A DNA stretch of 64,000 nt. It comes from Chrysomallon squamiferum. Taxonomy: Eukaryota; Animalia; Mollusca. Below the pieces are notes generated by a model, which saw only the letters and a program-made list of their open reading frames with translations, did no database searches and was not told the origin of the DNA. This document shows, in pieces, positions 51,577 to 64,000 of the stretch (positions are counted from its first letter, which is position 1; every line of letters starts with the position of its first letter). The DNA is taken from assembly GCA_012295275.1 (NCBI GenBank), contig CM022671.1:30690001-30754000 (forward strand), written 5' to 3'. The position numbers were made by a program, and so were the translations under genes.

Positions 51577-51669
51577 CATTGTTTCTTACGAAGACGAACG
51601 TGAATAATTAAGCTCGAACTGCTTCTGCAGTGAAAATTAATATATAAATGAATAATTTGTTTCAACTGA
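51577..51669 (-). other. candidate alternative first exon (or poison cassette) of hillarin-like gene A ending ATG|GTAAGT
   Basis: AAACAATG|GTAAGT (ATG 51579-51577) with an in-frame TAA 6 nt upstream. TCAGTT initiator-like motif at 51669-51664. Phase 0 matches exon 22183. Confidence 0.45.
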
Positions 51670-52126
51670 AGATTCCAGAGATCTCTGTCTCGAGGAACAC
51701 CTTTCATATATGTCAACAAAAGTGTCCGCGATGGCAGTTTTGTAATTAATTAGATTTTCAATATTTAAATAGTTTAAAATATTTGATTTCGTTTAATACG
51801 TCAGAACTGAAACATGGAGGGAGTGTTATAACAATTGGGACGTTTTACTATACGTAACCACTTTCATCATTATTATCTGTTAATATGTCTGCGTCAGTGA
51901 CCACGGCGACAACATCACAGTTCAGACTAAATTAAATGTTTCAGTTGTTGTAGTATTGCGATGACCTCACCACACTGCCGCTGCTGCTGCTGTTATTATG
52001 TATTCCACTTTGTCACACTCTTAATACTGTTACTAATTACAATAAACAATTACTACAGTTAATATTGACCTTGATGAGATGAAAATGATGACTATGATGA
52101 TAATAATAATAATACAAATACTGTTT

Positions 52127-52127
<1 letters not shown>

Positions 52128-52188
<61 letters not shown>

Positions 52189-52237
52189 TAACAATAATAA
52201 CAATAACAATAACAATAATAATAATAACAATAACAAC

Positions 52238-52269
<32 letters not shown>

Positions 52270-52334
52270 TAATAATAACAATAACAATAACAATAACAAT
52301 AACAATAATAATAATAATAACAATAATAATAATA
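52128..52334. repeat. (AAT)n/(AACAAT)n microsatellite
   Basis: Direct observation. Confidence 0.95.
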
Positions 52335-53647
52335 AGTTGAGAGAGAGGAAGAAAGTCGGGAAGTAAGGACAAATATACATATAATACAAAGACTTGTTCT
52401 GGAGAATTTTACACTAGTTACTGCATGACAGAAAGACTATATAATTATAATTTCAGATTAAATGAATATAAATAACAATCAGATAGGAATACAACTGACA
52501 GCAGCTTCCTTCCAGATATCTTACTTTGCGTGGTCTCTGACTGGTTGATATTTTGACATTAACATTTTCCTCATTTGGGGACATGACATGTATCTATCTG
52601 TCTGTCTGTCTTTCTACTATATCTATCTCTCTATCTATCTACCCATGCATTACATAAACTATGTTAATTCGTTTTATACAATAATTACACGAGTATATAC
52701 AAATCACCCGTACCCCATCCCTAACAGATCCACGCAAAGCTGTGAGTCACTGTGTATTAGACAAGCAGGTAACGTCTTTACTGAAAGGTCGCGTTTCAGC
52801 GAACAGACGTGTGTAGACAGTGCACTGTTTCATTATCTGTAAACGTCGCTCGAAGTACTCCAAGTGCAGTTAGCATGAGTCATCGATGTGTTTTCGTTAT
52901 TAACCTTATATTGTGAATCATTCTGTACATCTTTTGTAAGCGAAAATCAATTCCTATCAATTGATAATTAATCATAGACAACGAAGAAGTTTATCGGTGT
53001 ACGTGCAAATAGTGCAGTGCGTTATAACTGTTCCACACGTGACTCGAGACAATAAAAGGGCCGGAGATTGTATGGAGAAAGGTCGATAGTCGACACGAAC
53101 GGCAGAAATAAATAAATAAAAGAAAGAAAAAGAAAAAAAAAAAAAGAAACGATACCTTTGAGCATTACACGTGTTACCAGTTGACTGAGTAATATGTGAG
53201 TGTTTGGAAAAGATTTGTTTGTAAATTTTTTAAGATGACAGAACGTGCAGTTTGTGGTTGTGTAAAAATAAATGATAAATACAAAAGTATAAAGATATTT
53301 TATAGTACAGTTCATGGAGCTCTTAGATTTATATCCTTTTCTGCTACTACTACTACTCTACTACTACTACTACAACAACAAAAACAACAACAACTGCTTC
53401 AACAACTCCTACAATTGCTATTCTAACACAGCAACTACTACCACAATTAAGGACAACAAAAATAATAACAACAATATTAAAAGCCACAACAGTAACAAGT
53501 GATAACAAACAAAAGTAATGATGACGACGATGATGACGACAACGATGATGATGATGAAGACCATGTTGTCTGACAACCAACATTTTAATAGTTATTAATA
53601 TAATTATTAAATATACTTGATTCCTTTGACAGAAGATAAAAACTAAC

Positions 53648-53980
53648 CTGATCACATTGTTCAGTTCCTCTTCTTGGTGCGGACAGTGCTGTTTTAATCC
53701 CCAAAGCTTCCTGATCCAGCATTCCTGGTCCCAGTTTGGGGACGTGCACGTTGCAGTACACATCGGGCTCGTTCTCCTGGTCCCAGTGAAACGTCCTCAA
53801 CGTCAGCTGCAGCCCGCAGACACGACATCGAAAACATCGTCTGTGAAACAAAACCCCTACGTCTATTTTTTCCACTGGGTACACTCTTTTCTGACACCGG
53901 TGACAAGGGTCACGTGTCTGCGAAGTACTCCACTGATGGTCTGCGTCCGAGTCGGCATCGCTCGAATGAGTGTCATCCAT
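53648..53980 (-). CDS. hillarin/ltd-1-like protein A, first coding exon (LIM zinc finger)
   Basis: ATG at 53980. LIM consensus CHRC...HRRCFRCRVC...CNVH followed by PKLGPGMLDQEALGIKTALSAP. Donor CAG|GTTAGT is phase 0 and joins exon 22183 in frame across a 31.5-kb intron. A likely UTR acceptor lies at 54130/54129. Total CDS 2595 nt = 864 aa. Confidence 0.88.
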
Positions 53981-54660
53981 GACGAATTTCTCTTACAAAA
54001 CTAAAGCAATCGGTGACTGATTACACTGCAACACTTGTCCATCCATCCGTTTGCCGTCTCTAACTCTGTCCGTTCATCAAAATGATCCACCGCTACATTT
54101 TCTCTAGATTAGCGTCCCGAATCAGTGTCCTGGAATTACGACAGAGAACGCAAGAGATCATACACACAAAATGTCCATAATTTATATCTAAAACAATTCG
54201 TGTTAAAAGATAACTGTCCATTTTAGCCTTATTATGTATATATAGTTACTTCCACGGTCATAAATCATTCATTTATTTATAACGTCAACATTCCCAGTGG
54301 GCACTTTGTTTTTCACAGATGAAGAAAAATTATTGTCTGTAACAATTTTAATTATGCACTCGTTAAAAAGTCTCAGTTTTCAAAAGAGCAATTTAAACGA
54401 AAGCCTGAACTACACAATTCATTTCACATCATTGTCCGTACCGTAAAAATAAATCCTTTTTCATCGCCGTGGCAAAAGAAAAAACGAATCTGTTTCGTGT
54501 ACGACAATAGAACACCAGCGATAACATGTTACAGGATTTACTGTCGCGCTGTACACATGTTCACTCGAGTAGAAAGAGGCAGTGTACTCAACACAACGTA
54601 CTACGGTTGTACGCTTTTCTCCCGAATGGGGATGCTATGTCAATAAATCGTTATTCCATC

Positions 54661-54668
54661 TGACGTCA
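54661..54668. promoter_or_regulatory. perfect CRE palindrome upstream of the LIM exon
   Basis: TGACGTCA in a CpG-rich region ~0.5 kb upstream of the first coding exon. Function not shown. Confidence 0.3.
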
Positions 54669-56413
54669 CTCCCTACTGTTTAATGCTTTCGTTTCATTGG
54701 TGGATGCTTGGATGGCTGACAACAGTCTTTGTGACACGAAAATGGCTCCTAATCAAAACATAACTGCTTGCTTTTACGTCACGCTTCCATTTCGTATAGG
54801 ATAACAAGCCAATTATACTTGCAAGAAGAGGAAAAAGAAAGGAAAAAAAGAGAAGAAAAAAAAAAGGTGGGGTGGGTATATTTGTGAAATGGAAGAATAC
54901 AGATCCAGTGAAGTGGAAGAGAAGAAAAAAAAAAAAAAAAAAAAAAATCAATAACTGAATCTCGCTAAAATGCAGTACTATTTTTACATGACTGTTCGAG
55001 ACAGGTGTTCTGTTTCAAACTTACTCTTTGCAGCTGTCAGACAATAATCTGGCTAATTCTCGGAGACAGCTAAGGACATTTATTTCCCCCTAAGCGACAA
55101 AGATGCATGGTTCGTGTTAGTACAAGAACCAAAAAGAAAAAGAAAAAAAAAAAAAAAAAAAAAAACCGGTCATTTTGTTACTGGTAACGAAGGGTTTGAT
55201 AACGTATGTTCTCGCATGCAGCAGAAAAAGACTGTTTACGAGAAACGAGAAGAAATAAAATTAAAAAACCAAAAAGCTATTTACGAGACAAAGAATGGCC
55301 GTGCTAACTGCGTAATGCATGTTTGTGCTTTTCACTTCATGTCATGTCAAAATAACGACGTTCGCGTGTGTTATGAGGTTCTGTGGAAATGATTTACGAC
55401 ATTTAGGTTCAGACGATTTGGTTCTCTGTAACAAATCTTCAGTTTCTGCCTCACATGCAGTTTTCATTCTCTTGAAATTTTCATGATAAAACTTTCCAGA
55501 AACTGTTGGATCGTGAATTTATAAAAGAAACAACAACAACAACAACTAACCAAAATGAATAAAAATAATTGAAAAAAAACAAAAAAACATTAATACAAAT
55601 GAAAACAAAAATAAAAAATTAGTAAACAACAATAAAAAAGAGAGAAAAATTCACACACACACACACACACACTTATAAATATAATTTAAAAAACAAAAAA
55701 ATACAACATTAACAGCAACACTAGTAACCAGAATAAAATGAATGAATGAATGAATAAATAAATAAATAAATAACATCCAAATCGAGTTAAACCCGAATGC
55801 ATACAAACTACACAGTCACAAATCCTTAAAATGACGAAACACTAACTTGAACCTAATAGAATAAAAACACATTCTTGGGTACATTTTATGTCTTAACTGC
55901 GTCGAAGTAAAACCACGAAGGCACCGGTAACGAAATTATAAAAAACAATCTGTTACGTTACAATGTCACCAGCGTTTTAATTCGCATCAAACAAGAACGC
56001 TTTCTTTACGTTACTAGTAACATTATTCCAAATTTATATTCAACGGGCAACATCGAACATTATTATTATTGCAGTGTTACAGAAAGGCGTTTTCGTGACT
56101 ATTTGCACGAAATGCTGTAAAAGTTTCACATTAACATAAATCAATAAAAATATTTTACATAGCTTTTGTCACGTTACAGCAGTTTGATGGAAAACCAGCG
56201 CATTTAAACAGGTGATAGTAAACAACATCTGTTACACACTGAACAGGATACCATGTACCACGTGTTTTTATTATATACCATGGTCACTGGTCTTCAACAG
56301 TCAGCCTCAGGGCTGGTAGGTGGCAGGTTCGGACTCGGATACCGGACACTAACCTAGATCTGTTACTGTTAGGCGATATTTAAAAAAAGTGTAATATTAT
56401 ATCTTTATCTCGA

Positions 56414-56545
56414 TATAATATAATATAATATAATATAATATAATATAATATAATATAATATAATATAGTTTAGTGTAATGTAATGTAATATAATATAATA
56501 TAGTGTAATGTAATGTAATGTAATATAATGTAATATATAATACAA
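56414..56545. repeat. (TAATA)n/(TAATG)n pentanucleotide repeat
   Basis: Direct observation. Confidence 0.9.
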
Positions 56546-56628
56546 TGTAATTTAATGTAATATGTGTGTTTATCTTTCTCTATGTCTATATCAGTCTATC
56601 TGTCTATCTCTATCTATCTGTCTGTCTT

Positions 56629-56672
<44 letters not shown>

Positions 56673-56744
56673 TTTGTCTATCTACATTTTCTCATGGTAC
56701 TAACAAATCTTTCTGAAGTGCTAACTCATACACTGTTTTAGTCA

Positions 56745-56855
56745 TGAGTAAACTTTCTTGTCTAAGGCATCGCTGGTCGCAGGTTCAGTTTTTCTGTGGT
56801 GCTATCAATGAGCTGTTTCCATTTCCAACAAGGGCAACACAAATGATTTAACAAC
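56745..56855 (+). mobile_element. decayed tRNA-derived SINE head fragment
   Basis: B-box-like ggtcgcaggttcag followed by caatgagctgtttccatttccaac. Similar in layout to the fragment at 4671-4770. Confidence 0.35.
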
Positions 56856-58112
56856 AACAACAACAACAACAACAACAAAAAAAAAAAAAAAAAACGTAGA
56901 AAATACTTTCCTGATTATCAGAAGTTGAAGTTAATTGGGAAAGTGCAACCTAATTATTTTTTTATTTTTTATGATTTTTTCCATTGCGGAACTCATAAAA
57001 TATTTTTTTTTGTTTTTTGTTTTTTTGATGAATCTTATTTCTGAATATGTAGTGCAGATTATGTATTAGATATCCATGGAACTCCTGTGGGGAATCAGTG
57101 ACTTCTTTCTTTTTTTTTTAACAAAAGAAAACAACAAAAAACAAAACAAACAAACCAAAACAAAAAAATAGTTTTTTTCGTATCATTTTACAGTGCGTTT
57201 CTGTATTTGACAGCAGCAATATTCTGTTTTTTTTTCTTCTCATTTTTATAGAGAAACGCGCGCGCACAGACGCAAATTTAATAACGATTATTCATTCAAA
57301 TATAAAAAAAGTCAACAGTAAATCTTCGACGGCCGAAATTTGCTAACCCCTCATTAACAAATTTTGATCCGTCCCTTGATACCACAGCAGACGGCATGTG
57401 CAGAAGCGTCAACGGTTACACAACTCTATCACGCATCACGTGCTGTGCAAACAATTCTAACGCAGGACAGGTGTAAATATCTTATTTTATATTTATACAG
57501 ATATGATGTAATGTTACTGATGGCAGCACTAAATGTTTCAGCAGGAGTAAAAACAAAAACAAACAAAAAAAAAAGTAAAAGAAAGACCATATGTTCATCA
57601 GATCCAGTTTTGTCGTTGCAAAACCACGCGGATGTAAATGATCTGAATATTCGTTTCCCTCGCAGATGTTACTGACACACAGACAGACAGACACACGTTC
57701 TCCGGAACCGTGACTAAGTGAAGAACCGAAGGGGAAAAAAAATAATATTTACAGCAAAAATGCTGCGTGTTTTGAAGACCAACAGTCAACGGGTTCACGC
57801 TGTTCAAATTGACAGGATGGAAACTGGAATCGAACCAGTGACTTCATGTTATATAATTATTAATTTAACATTAATGTTAATATTAATATAATAATTATGT
57901 AGTGTTTTTGGATGAGCAAGTGTAAAAAGAGAAAAAAAAAAAAAAAATCAATAAAGTTTTAATATATCGGTATATTTTTATATTAATGGTTATGTGATAT
58001 ATGGTATTTGTAACCTGAGAGAAATGAAATCCTGTGCTGCTATTCCTAAGGGTTACTCTTTTAATTACATTATCAACAACGGCTCTTCTGTACATCAGCA
58101 CAGCACACAGTA

Positions 58113-58170
<58 letters not shown>

Positions 58171-59222
58171 GTAACGTTAATTAGAACACGGCCGCTGTAC
58201 CCAGCCTTTGTAGAATTTTGACACCTGCAGATTTCTTTAGAATAATTATGGTAGACAAATGTACTCTCCCACAGACATATATAGAGAAAAACGATTAACC
58301 CAACAACAACAAAGTAGTAGTAGTAGCAGTAGTAGTAGTAGTAGTAATAATAATGATAATAATAATGATGATGATGATGATGATGATGATGGTGTTGATG
58401 TTGAAGATAATAATAACGTACGAGTAACATAAATTTATTTAACAGAACCAACTGCGCAATACTACTCCATAATATTTATTGGTATTAGAAAGGACATGAC
58501 ATGAACAGTAACTCCATTTTTTTAAATTAATTAATTATTTAAAAATATATTTAAACCTATTTTTGTTTCCTAGCGTGCATCAGTACACAGTAAGGCTGTT
58601 ACAATAATAATAATAATAATAATAATAATAGTACAACTGCGACTACTAATACTACTACTAGTAACAGTAACAATAATAATAATAGAAATAATTTATAATA
58701 GTAGTACTAGTAGAAGTAGTAATAGTAGTAGTAGTAGTAGTAGTAATTTCGTTCTACTTTTATGCATTTGATGCTAGTTTGCTAACGAAAACACATATTT
58801 CTTAAGCACTTAATTAAAGAGAATCTTCTAATTAATTGAAATATCTTATTCTAAAATTTGTCTATGTAAGAATTAAGTACCTATATCTTCGACTGTAATC
58901 CCTTACATATTATTTTACATTATTAAATGAATATATATCATAGAATATGCAAAAAAGCAACAAAATATTTCCTTGTGAAGATACATTAATAATTTAAATT
59001 ATCTGTTCAAAAAATAATAACACGAACTATTTACATTTTAATATTATGATGCAACAAAGTCAAAAACCTCCAACGTAAATAAATAACATTTACGTATTGT
59101 CACCAGTTTAGTAAATATAAGCACTTGCTGTAACGAGAACTATAGAAATATAAAGTAACTATATAAATAAATATAATTATTTTACAAATCACAAGAAATG
59201 ATCAGATTTAAATAGTTATAAA

Positions 59223-59268
<46 letters not shown>

Positions 59269-60386
59269 AACACACTCTCGCTCTCTTTCTCTCTCTCTCT
59301 CTCTCACACACACACTCTCTCTCTCTCACACACACACACAAACACTCTCTCTTTCTCTGACACATACACACACACACAGACATAGCCACAAACGTCCACA
59401 TTTTTACATATACCCTTAGTTTCATTTTATGTATTATATATTAAATTTTATCAAACAATTCATGGATTTCCTAGCATCACTGCTCACTTATATCATTTCG
59501 TTTCATTTCATGATCAGTTAAGATATGCCTATCATATTCAACATTAAACATGGAATGTTCATTCTAAAACGTCTTTAAATCACACTGAAGAAGACTGAAC
59601 TTCACTCTCTGCGGTTTCCAACTGCAACATCTTGGAAAAGTTAAATTTCTTTTTAGCTTTCGTGTACGTTCTTGTCATATAAGACCTGAATATAGCATAC
59701 ACATTGAAGGCTTCTCAATCCATGGACCTTTATATCATATAAAAGTTTTATAACGATTTGGAATTTTTAACTTTGAGACGCGAATGGATCCAAATTCGTT
59801 AGATAAATTCTAAAGGATTCTTATAATATATGAAATCTGGAATCTTGGTTTGGTCTCATGAAACTCTATAATATTAATTTCAGATTCGGAAATTCCATTG
59901 TCTTGTATTTCAACATTCCCCCAAAATTCGAAATCTTAACACTTCGAGCATATAGGTGTGCATCATCTTATTTTATTTCTCAGTAAAGTCTTGAATGCAG
60001 CTTGGAATGTATCATTGGAATGCAACCTGTAGACGTCTGGGATTTCTGAATCGTGTATTTCAGTTTCAAAATGCTTGGAGATAACAGGTGGCAATATGCA
60101 GATGTGTCTGCTCGTGGTCAACATTAATATATAATTCTAAATTAAACAAAATATCATACTAAATATAGTTTGGGATTTGGAATGGAATATAACATGAGAA
60201 ATGTTTAGATTTATGAATCAAATCGTTACTATTTTAGTTTCAACGATATTGTTTATTTTCAAAAAAAAAAAAAGGTTTTTATTTTCTCATCTCTTTCTGC
60301 CATTCGTATTTGTATGTGGTCTGGAATGTATAAATGGAATATAGCACCTTATCAAAGTCTGTGAAAATGAACGAGTGTCCAGTGTT

Positions 60387-61746
60387 CTATATTTCGGTTT
60401 CAATGTCCTCGGCGATCTCGAACTCTAACAACTGAGGGAAAGTGGACGCGTCCCTCCCCGCCTGAAACCTTGCCACGACTTTGGCAGGACCTGGCTGACT
60501 TCCCACGTTGATGTTCGCCTCCCAGGAGAAGCCGAGCTTTCGCTTCAGGTGGTGCCACATCGACCCCACCACGAGGAACACCTCCACCGCTTGCGGCACG
60601 TCCATGCGAAACGTGTACCGCTTGTCTGTGAGGAGGTCGCCCGCGATGGGCTCGTACAGCGTGCACCTGTTCCACCTGTGAAAGGTTTTAGGGAAAGCGT
60701 TGGAGCTGGGGCTGGGTTCCTGGCAAATGACGAGGTACCTGTACGCGCAGTCCAGACTGTGAGCGTCCACGGAGGTGTCGGCGCAGTACAGGGAGAAGAT
60801 GTAGAATCCTTCTTTGGGACAGCGCACCAGATAGTTGGCCGTCGTGTCGTTCCTCGAACGGAGGAAGACGTATCGGTCGATGTCCGAAACCGATTCGTCG
60901 TTGACGTCGAAGTACTGAAACGTGTGAGTGATTTTTATTTCCTTCGGCATTTTGAAGTTCAGTTCGATGTAGTCGCTGTTGCAGACGATAAGCGGGTCGT
61001 CGCCGTTTTTGTCTGTTGCGATGTGAAGCTGTTCCATAACCGGGGTGGGTCCGAAGAAAGGAACGGGCGGGTAAGGGGGTGACGGAGGCCCGGACAGTCT
61101 GACACAGTTGATGAGGAAGGAACAGGCACTTTCTAAACATTCCGAATGACTGAAGTCGCCGGTGTAGATGGAAAAATAGTAGAAACCCGGCTTGGGAAGA
61201 GCCACGGTGAAAATGGCTTCGTTCTTAACAAACCTCAGAAGAGTCCGCCCGTCGATCTGCTTGGCATCAGAAACACTTTTGTTGTACGGCTCCAAAAGCG
61301 ACCCGTAGCCGAGAATCTTGGGCATCACCAGACGAATTTCCACCATTCCCGTCTCGGTGGTCAACGTGGCGCCGTAGTTGGAGTAGAACCTCAGCCCGTA
61401 GTTAAAGAACGGAGACTTGACCACCGGCAGGTTGAGGAATTCGGAAAAGGGGAGAGGAATCTCAATGAGCTGCCAGGCAGGGTCGTCAGGGTAGTGCTGG
61501 TAGATGTAATCCTCTGGGTCGGTGAGGAAGTAGAACTCGTCGTACTTGTAGAAAATCTCAGGCAGGTCGTCCTTGTGTCCAGACACGTGCCTGGACGCCC
61601 ACGTGCAGTTTATCAGTCGCCAGCTTCCGTCAATGCACGCGGCTGTCCACGAGTTTCTGAAAGTCGTACCATCCATTCTCATTCCAGGTTTGTATCCGGC
61701 TCCTTTAGAGTATCCCAGAATGACCTCGCAGTGGATACCAGCGTAA
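60387..61746 (-). CDS. hillarin / ltd-1 / KY-like protein B (tandem paralog), terminal exon
   Basis: CACAG|T acceptor. Encodes YAGIHCEVILGYSKGAGYKPG...RNSWTAACIDGSWRLINCTWASRH...YDEFYFLTDPEDYIYQHYPDDPAWQL...LPVVKSPFFNYGL. Stop TAG at 60389-60387. Collinear with 14197-15589. Confidence 0.93.
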
Positions 61747-61917
61747 CTGTGGATAACACACAAACAAAGCTTGCTAATAAATGTAAAGTTTATTATTACA
61801 ATACTTAATTTCGTTTAGAAATATTTGAGAAACGTAACTTGGATAATAAAACACATAAAACAGGGTAATAAAAGTAAAGTTTGTTATTACGATATTTAAT
61901 TCAGTTTAGAAAAAATT
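61742..61917. repeat. ~91-bp diverged tandem duplication including the terminal-exon acceptor of gene B
   Basis: cgtaact.tggataa...taataaa.gtaaagttt.ttattac.ata.ttaatt...tttagaaa occurs twice. Confidence 0.7.
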
Positions 61918-62440
61918 AATTAAGGGAGGTAATTCTTCGTTTTCTAAAGTAGACTAGTCTTGTATGAGAAAGCTGTGATCTTGTCGATAAATTAATGGCG
62001 GATTATAATGGGAGGCAAATGGGCGTGAGATTATAAACTTGTTGTATAAAACACCTAATTATTTTAAAACTGGCCAGAAATGTTATAATTTTTATAGTTA
62101 AGACTAATTTGGAAAAGGAGGTGTAAGAATATAAATAATGAAATTAATAAATCGTAGCTGATAAAAGGTTTGAGTGGAAGTTCTGATGCAAATACTGTCA
62201 GATCACTAATCCAACATTTACTCTGTATTCAACACTGACAGTTCGTGTTTCTGCGAATGATTCGTTAGATAATAAGTATTCAGTAACCAGTTATTTCTCT
62301 GTCACGACGTTAACCAATAATCTCAAGAAAATCTGTTTCATTGAATATTGTCTAGGTGTGGTTCTGTGAATATCAGCTGAAGTAACGTACATTCGAATAA
62401 CACTTACCAGACATAAACTCTAAGAAATCTGTTTGATTGA

Positions 62441-62560
62441 CTATATTTTAAATAATGTTATTTTCCACTTATCAAGTTTCTATACTACATTTTAAATAAT
62501 GTTATTTTCCACTTATTAAGTTTCTATACTACATTCTAAATGGTTATTTTTCCTTACCAG
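62441..62560. repeat. 44-bp tandem repeat (~2.5 copies) abutting a donor site of gene B
   Basis: ttttaaataatgttattttccacttat.aagtttctatactaca repeated; the last partial copy runs into ttatttttccttaccag. Confidence 0.8.
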
Positions 62561-62704
62561 CAAAGCTTCTTAAAGAGCTGATGGTAAGTTTCCTTTCCGC
62601 TCTTGACTCCTTTGAACAACGAGCTCACAGCTGAGTTAGGACGAAGTATTTCATGAGCCGAATTCTTCTTTAGATCCTTGGCTATAATCCATCGGAAAAT
62701 GACT
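62558..62704 (-). CDS. hillarin-like protein B, penultimate exon
   Basis: Encodes RVIFRWIIAKDLKKNSAHEILRPNSAVSSLFKGVKSGKETYHQLFKKLCC. TGTAG acceptor, GTAAG donor, phase 2-2. Confidence 0.9.
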
Positions 62705-62843
62705 CTACAATGTTTAAATACGTTAATTAACAACCCGGTCTAGAAAACTCTAGTTTTCTTATAGCTGTTATTGTTGTTATAATTATAATTGCTATTATTA
62801 CTATTATTACTATTACTATTACTATTACTATTACTATTACTAT

Positions 62844-62899
<56 letters not shown>

Positions 62900-62948
62900 A
62901 TGCTATTATTACTGTTATTGTTATAGTTATTTTTATCATAGTTATTTC

Positions 62949-62981
<33 letters not shown>

Positions 62982-63281
62982 AAATATATTTAACTGACTT
63001 AAAGGACTCATCAGAAATATTTATGAAAATGTTTAGTATTTTTTAATCTTTCTAGTTATTATTAAGGCAATTTCTGTTTTTAGTTAATTAATTTGTTTAT
63101 TTTCGTTTCTAACATCAATGGGATTTTGTTATTTTTTGGTCTGTTTTTTTTTTAACAATAATTCAGTGGTCGTAAAAAATTCAGTAAAAATTTCAGTGGT
63201 CGTTTATTGTTGCATGTCTGTGATTTTACAACTAATTATGTTTGTCATAATGAAGCAATCAAATAAAATAATAATAATAAT

Positions 63282-63425
<144 letters not shown>

Positions 63426-63617
63426 AATAATAATACTTAAAAAAATAAAAAATAAAGAAGAAAAAAAACCCTCCACTTTTAACAATATTAAATTAAGATT
63501 ATTTCTCAAATAAAGCAATTATTTCAACGTCACATAATTTCAGTATCACAAAACATAAAACAAAATGATTTTTTTTTTTTTTTTTTTTTTAAATAAAATA
63601 ATTAAAAAACGAATTAC

Positions 63618-63700
63618 CTGACTTTTTCTAACTCGGATTTGCAGCCGCGGGTAAGCTCTCGAACGAGTTCGGTGTAACTGTTGAAGTCCTGGTTGACAAG
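63618..63700 (-). CDS. hillarin-like protein B, exon (5' part of gene lies beyond the window)
   Basis: Encodes LVNQDFNSYTELVRELTRGCKSELEKVR. 83 nt, TTGTAG acceptor, AG|GTAAT donor. Confidence 0.9.
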
Positions 63701-64000
63701 CTACAAAATACAAATTTTATTAGCATATATTAGTTGTCAGTCCTTCACTGAACGTAGAACTGAAATTTGACAGCAGAGACAAATTTATTCTCATAAAATA
63801 TTTAATTAGCAAACGTTTCATCGTCAAAACCGATTTTCCATTTAGGTTATATTGATCGAGTTTTAATTTTTTTTTTTTATTATCATTATTAGTTTTTTAT
63901 ATTCATAAATTTGAAAAAATATATACGTAATAAAATATTTAAAAAATTAAGTTCAAACTAACAACAGCAAAATAATAATGTGTTGTTTTTTTATTGCAAT

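Noticed and set aside
60549-61808. Long + strand ORFs (177 and 220 aa) and alternative-frame minus ORFs over the gene B terminal exon
   Set aside because: Shadows of a GC3-rich coding exon, with no recognisable motifs.

Overview
AT-rich, microsatellite-dense animal genomic DNA with spliceosomal introns. The repeat style suggests a mollusc/gastropod (inference). Three intron-containing genes can be supported, all on the minus strand. (1) An M14B metallocarboxypeptidase, most like carboxypeptidase D domain I: exons 9558-8724, 8053-7911, 6212-6043 and 4508-~4378. The last exon has an apparent 1-nt frameshift. (2) A complete hillarin/ltd-1/KY-family gene (LIM + coiled coil + inactive transglutaminase-like domain): 7 coding exons from 53980 to 14197, 864 aa, with a 31.5-kb intron. 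(3) The last three exons of a tandem paralog (63700-60387). The most unusual region lies inside the 31.5-kb intron. A ~0.8-kb inverted repeat pair (24001-24782 / ~32860-33704) brackets an ~8-kb segment. That segment carries a ~97%-identical inverted copy of the carboxypeptidase promoter, 5'UTR and signal peptide, joined at a (GA)n tract, and a TATA/GC-box promoter with a candidate nested, decaying antisense gene. Other observations: a decayed copy of carboxypeptidase exon 2 upstream of its gene, tandem duplications anchored on splice sites, an ATG|GTAAGT candidate alternative first exon, a duplicated AP-1-containing element and a sharp CpG-depletion boundary. All alignments and counts were done by eye; no searches were run.
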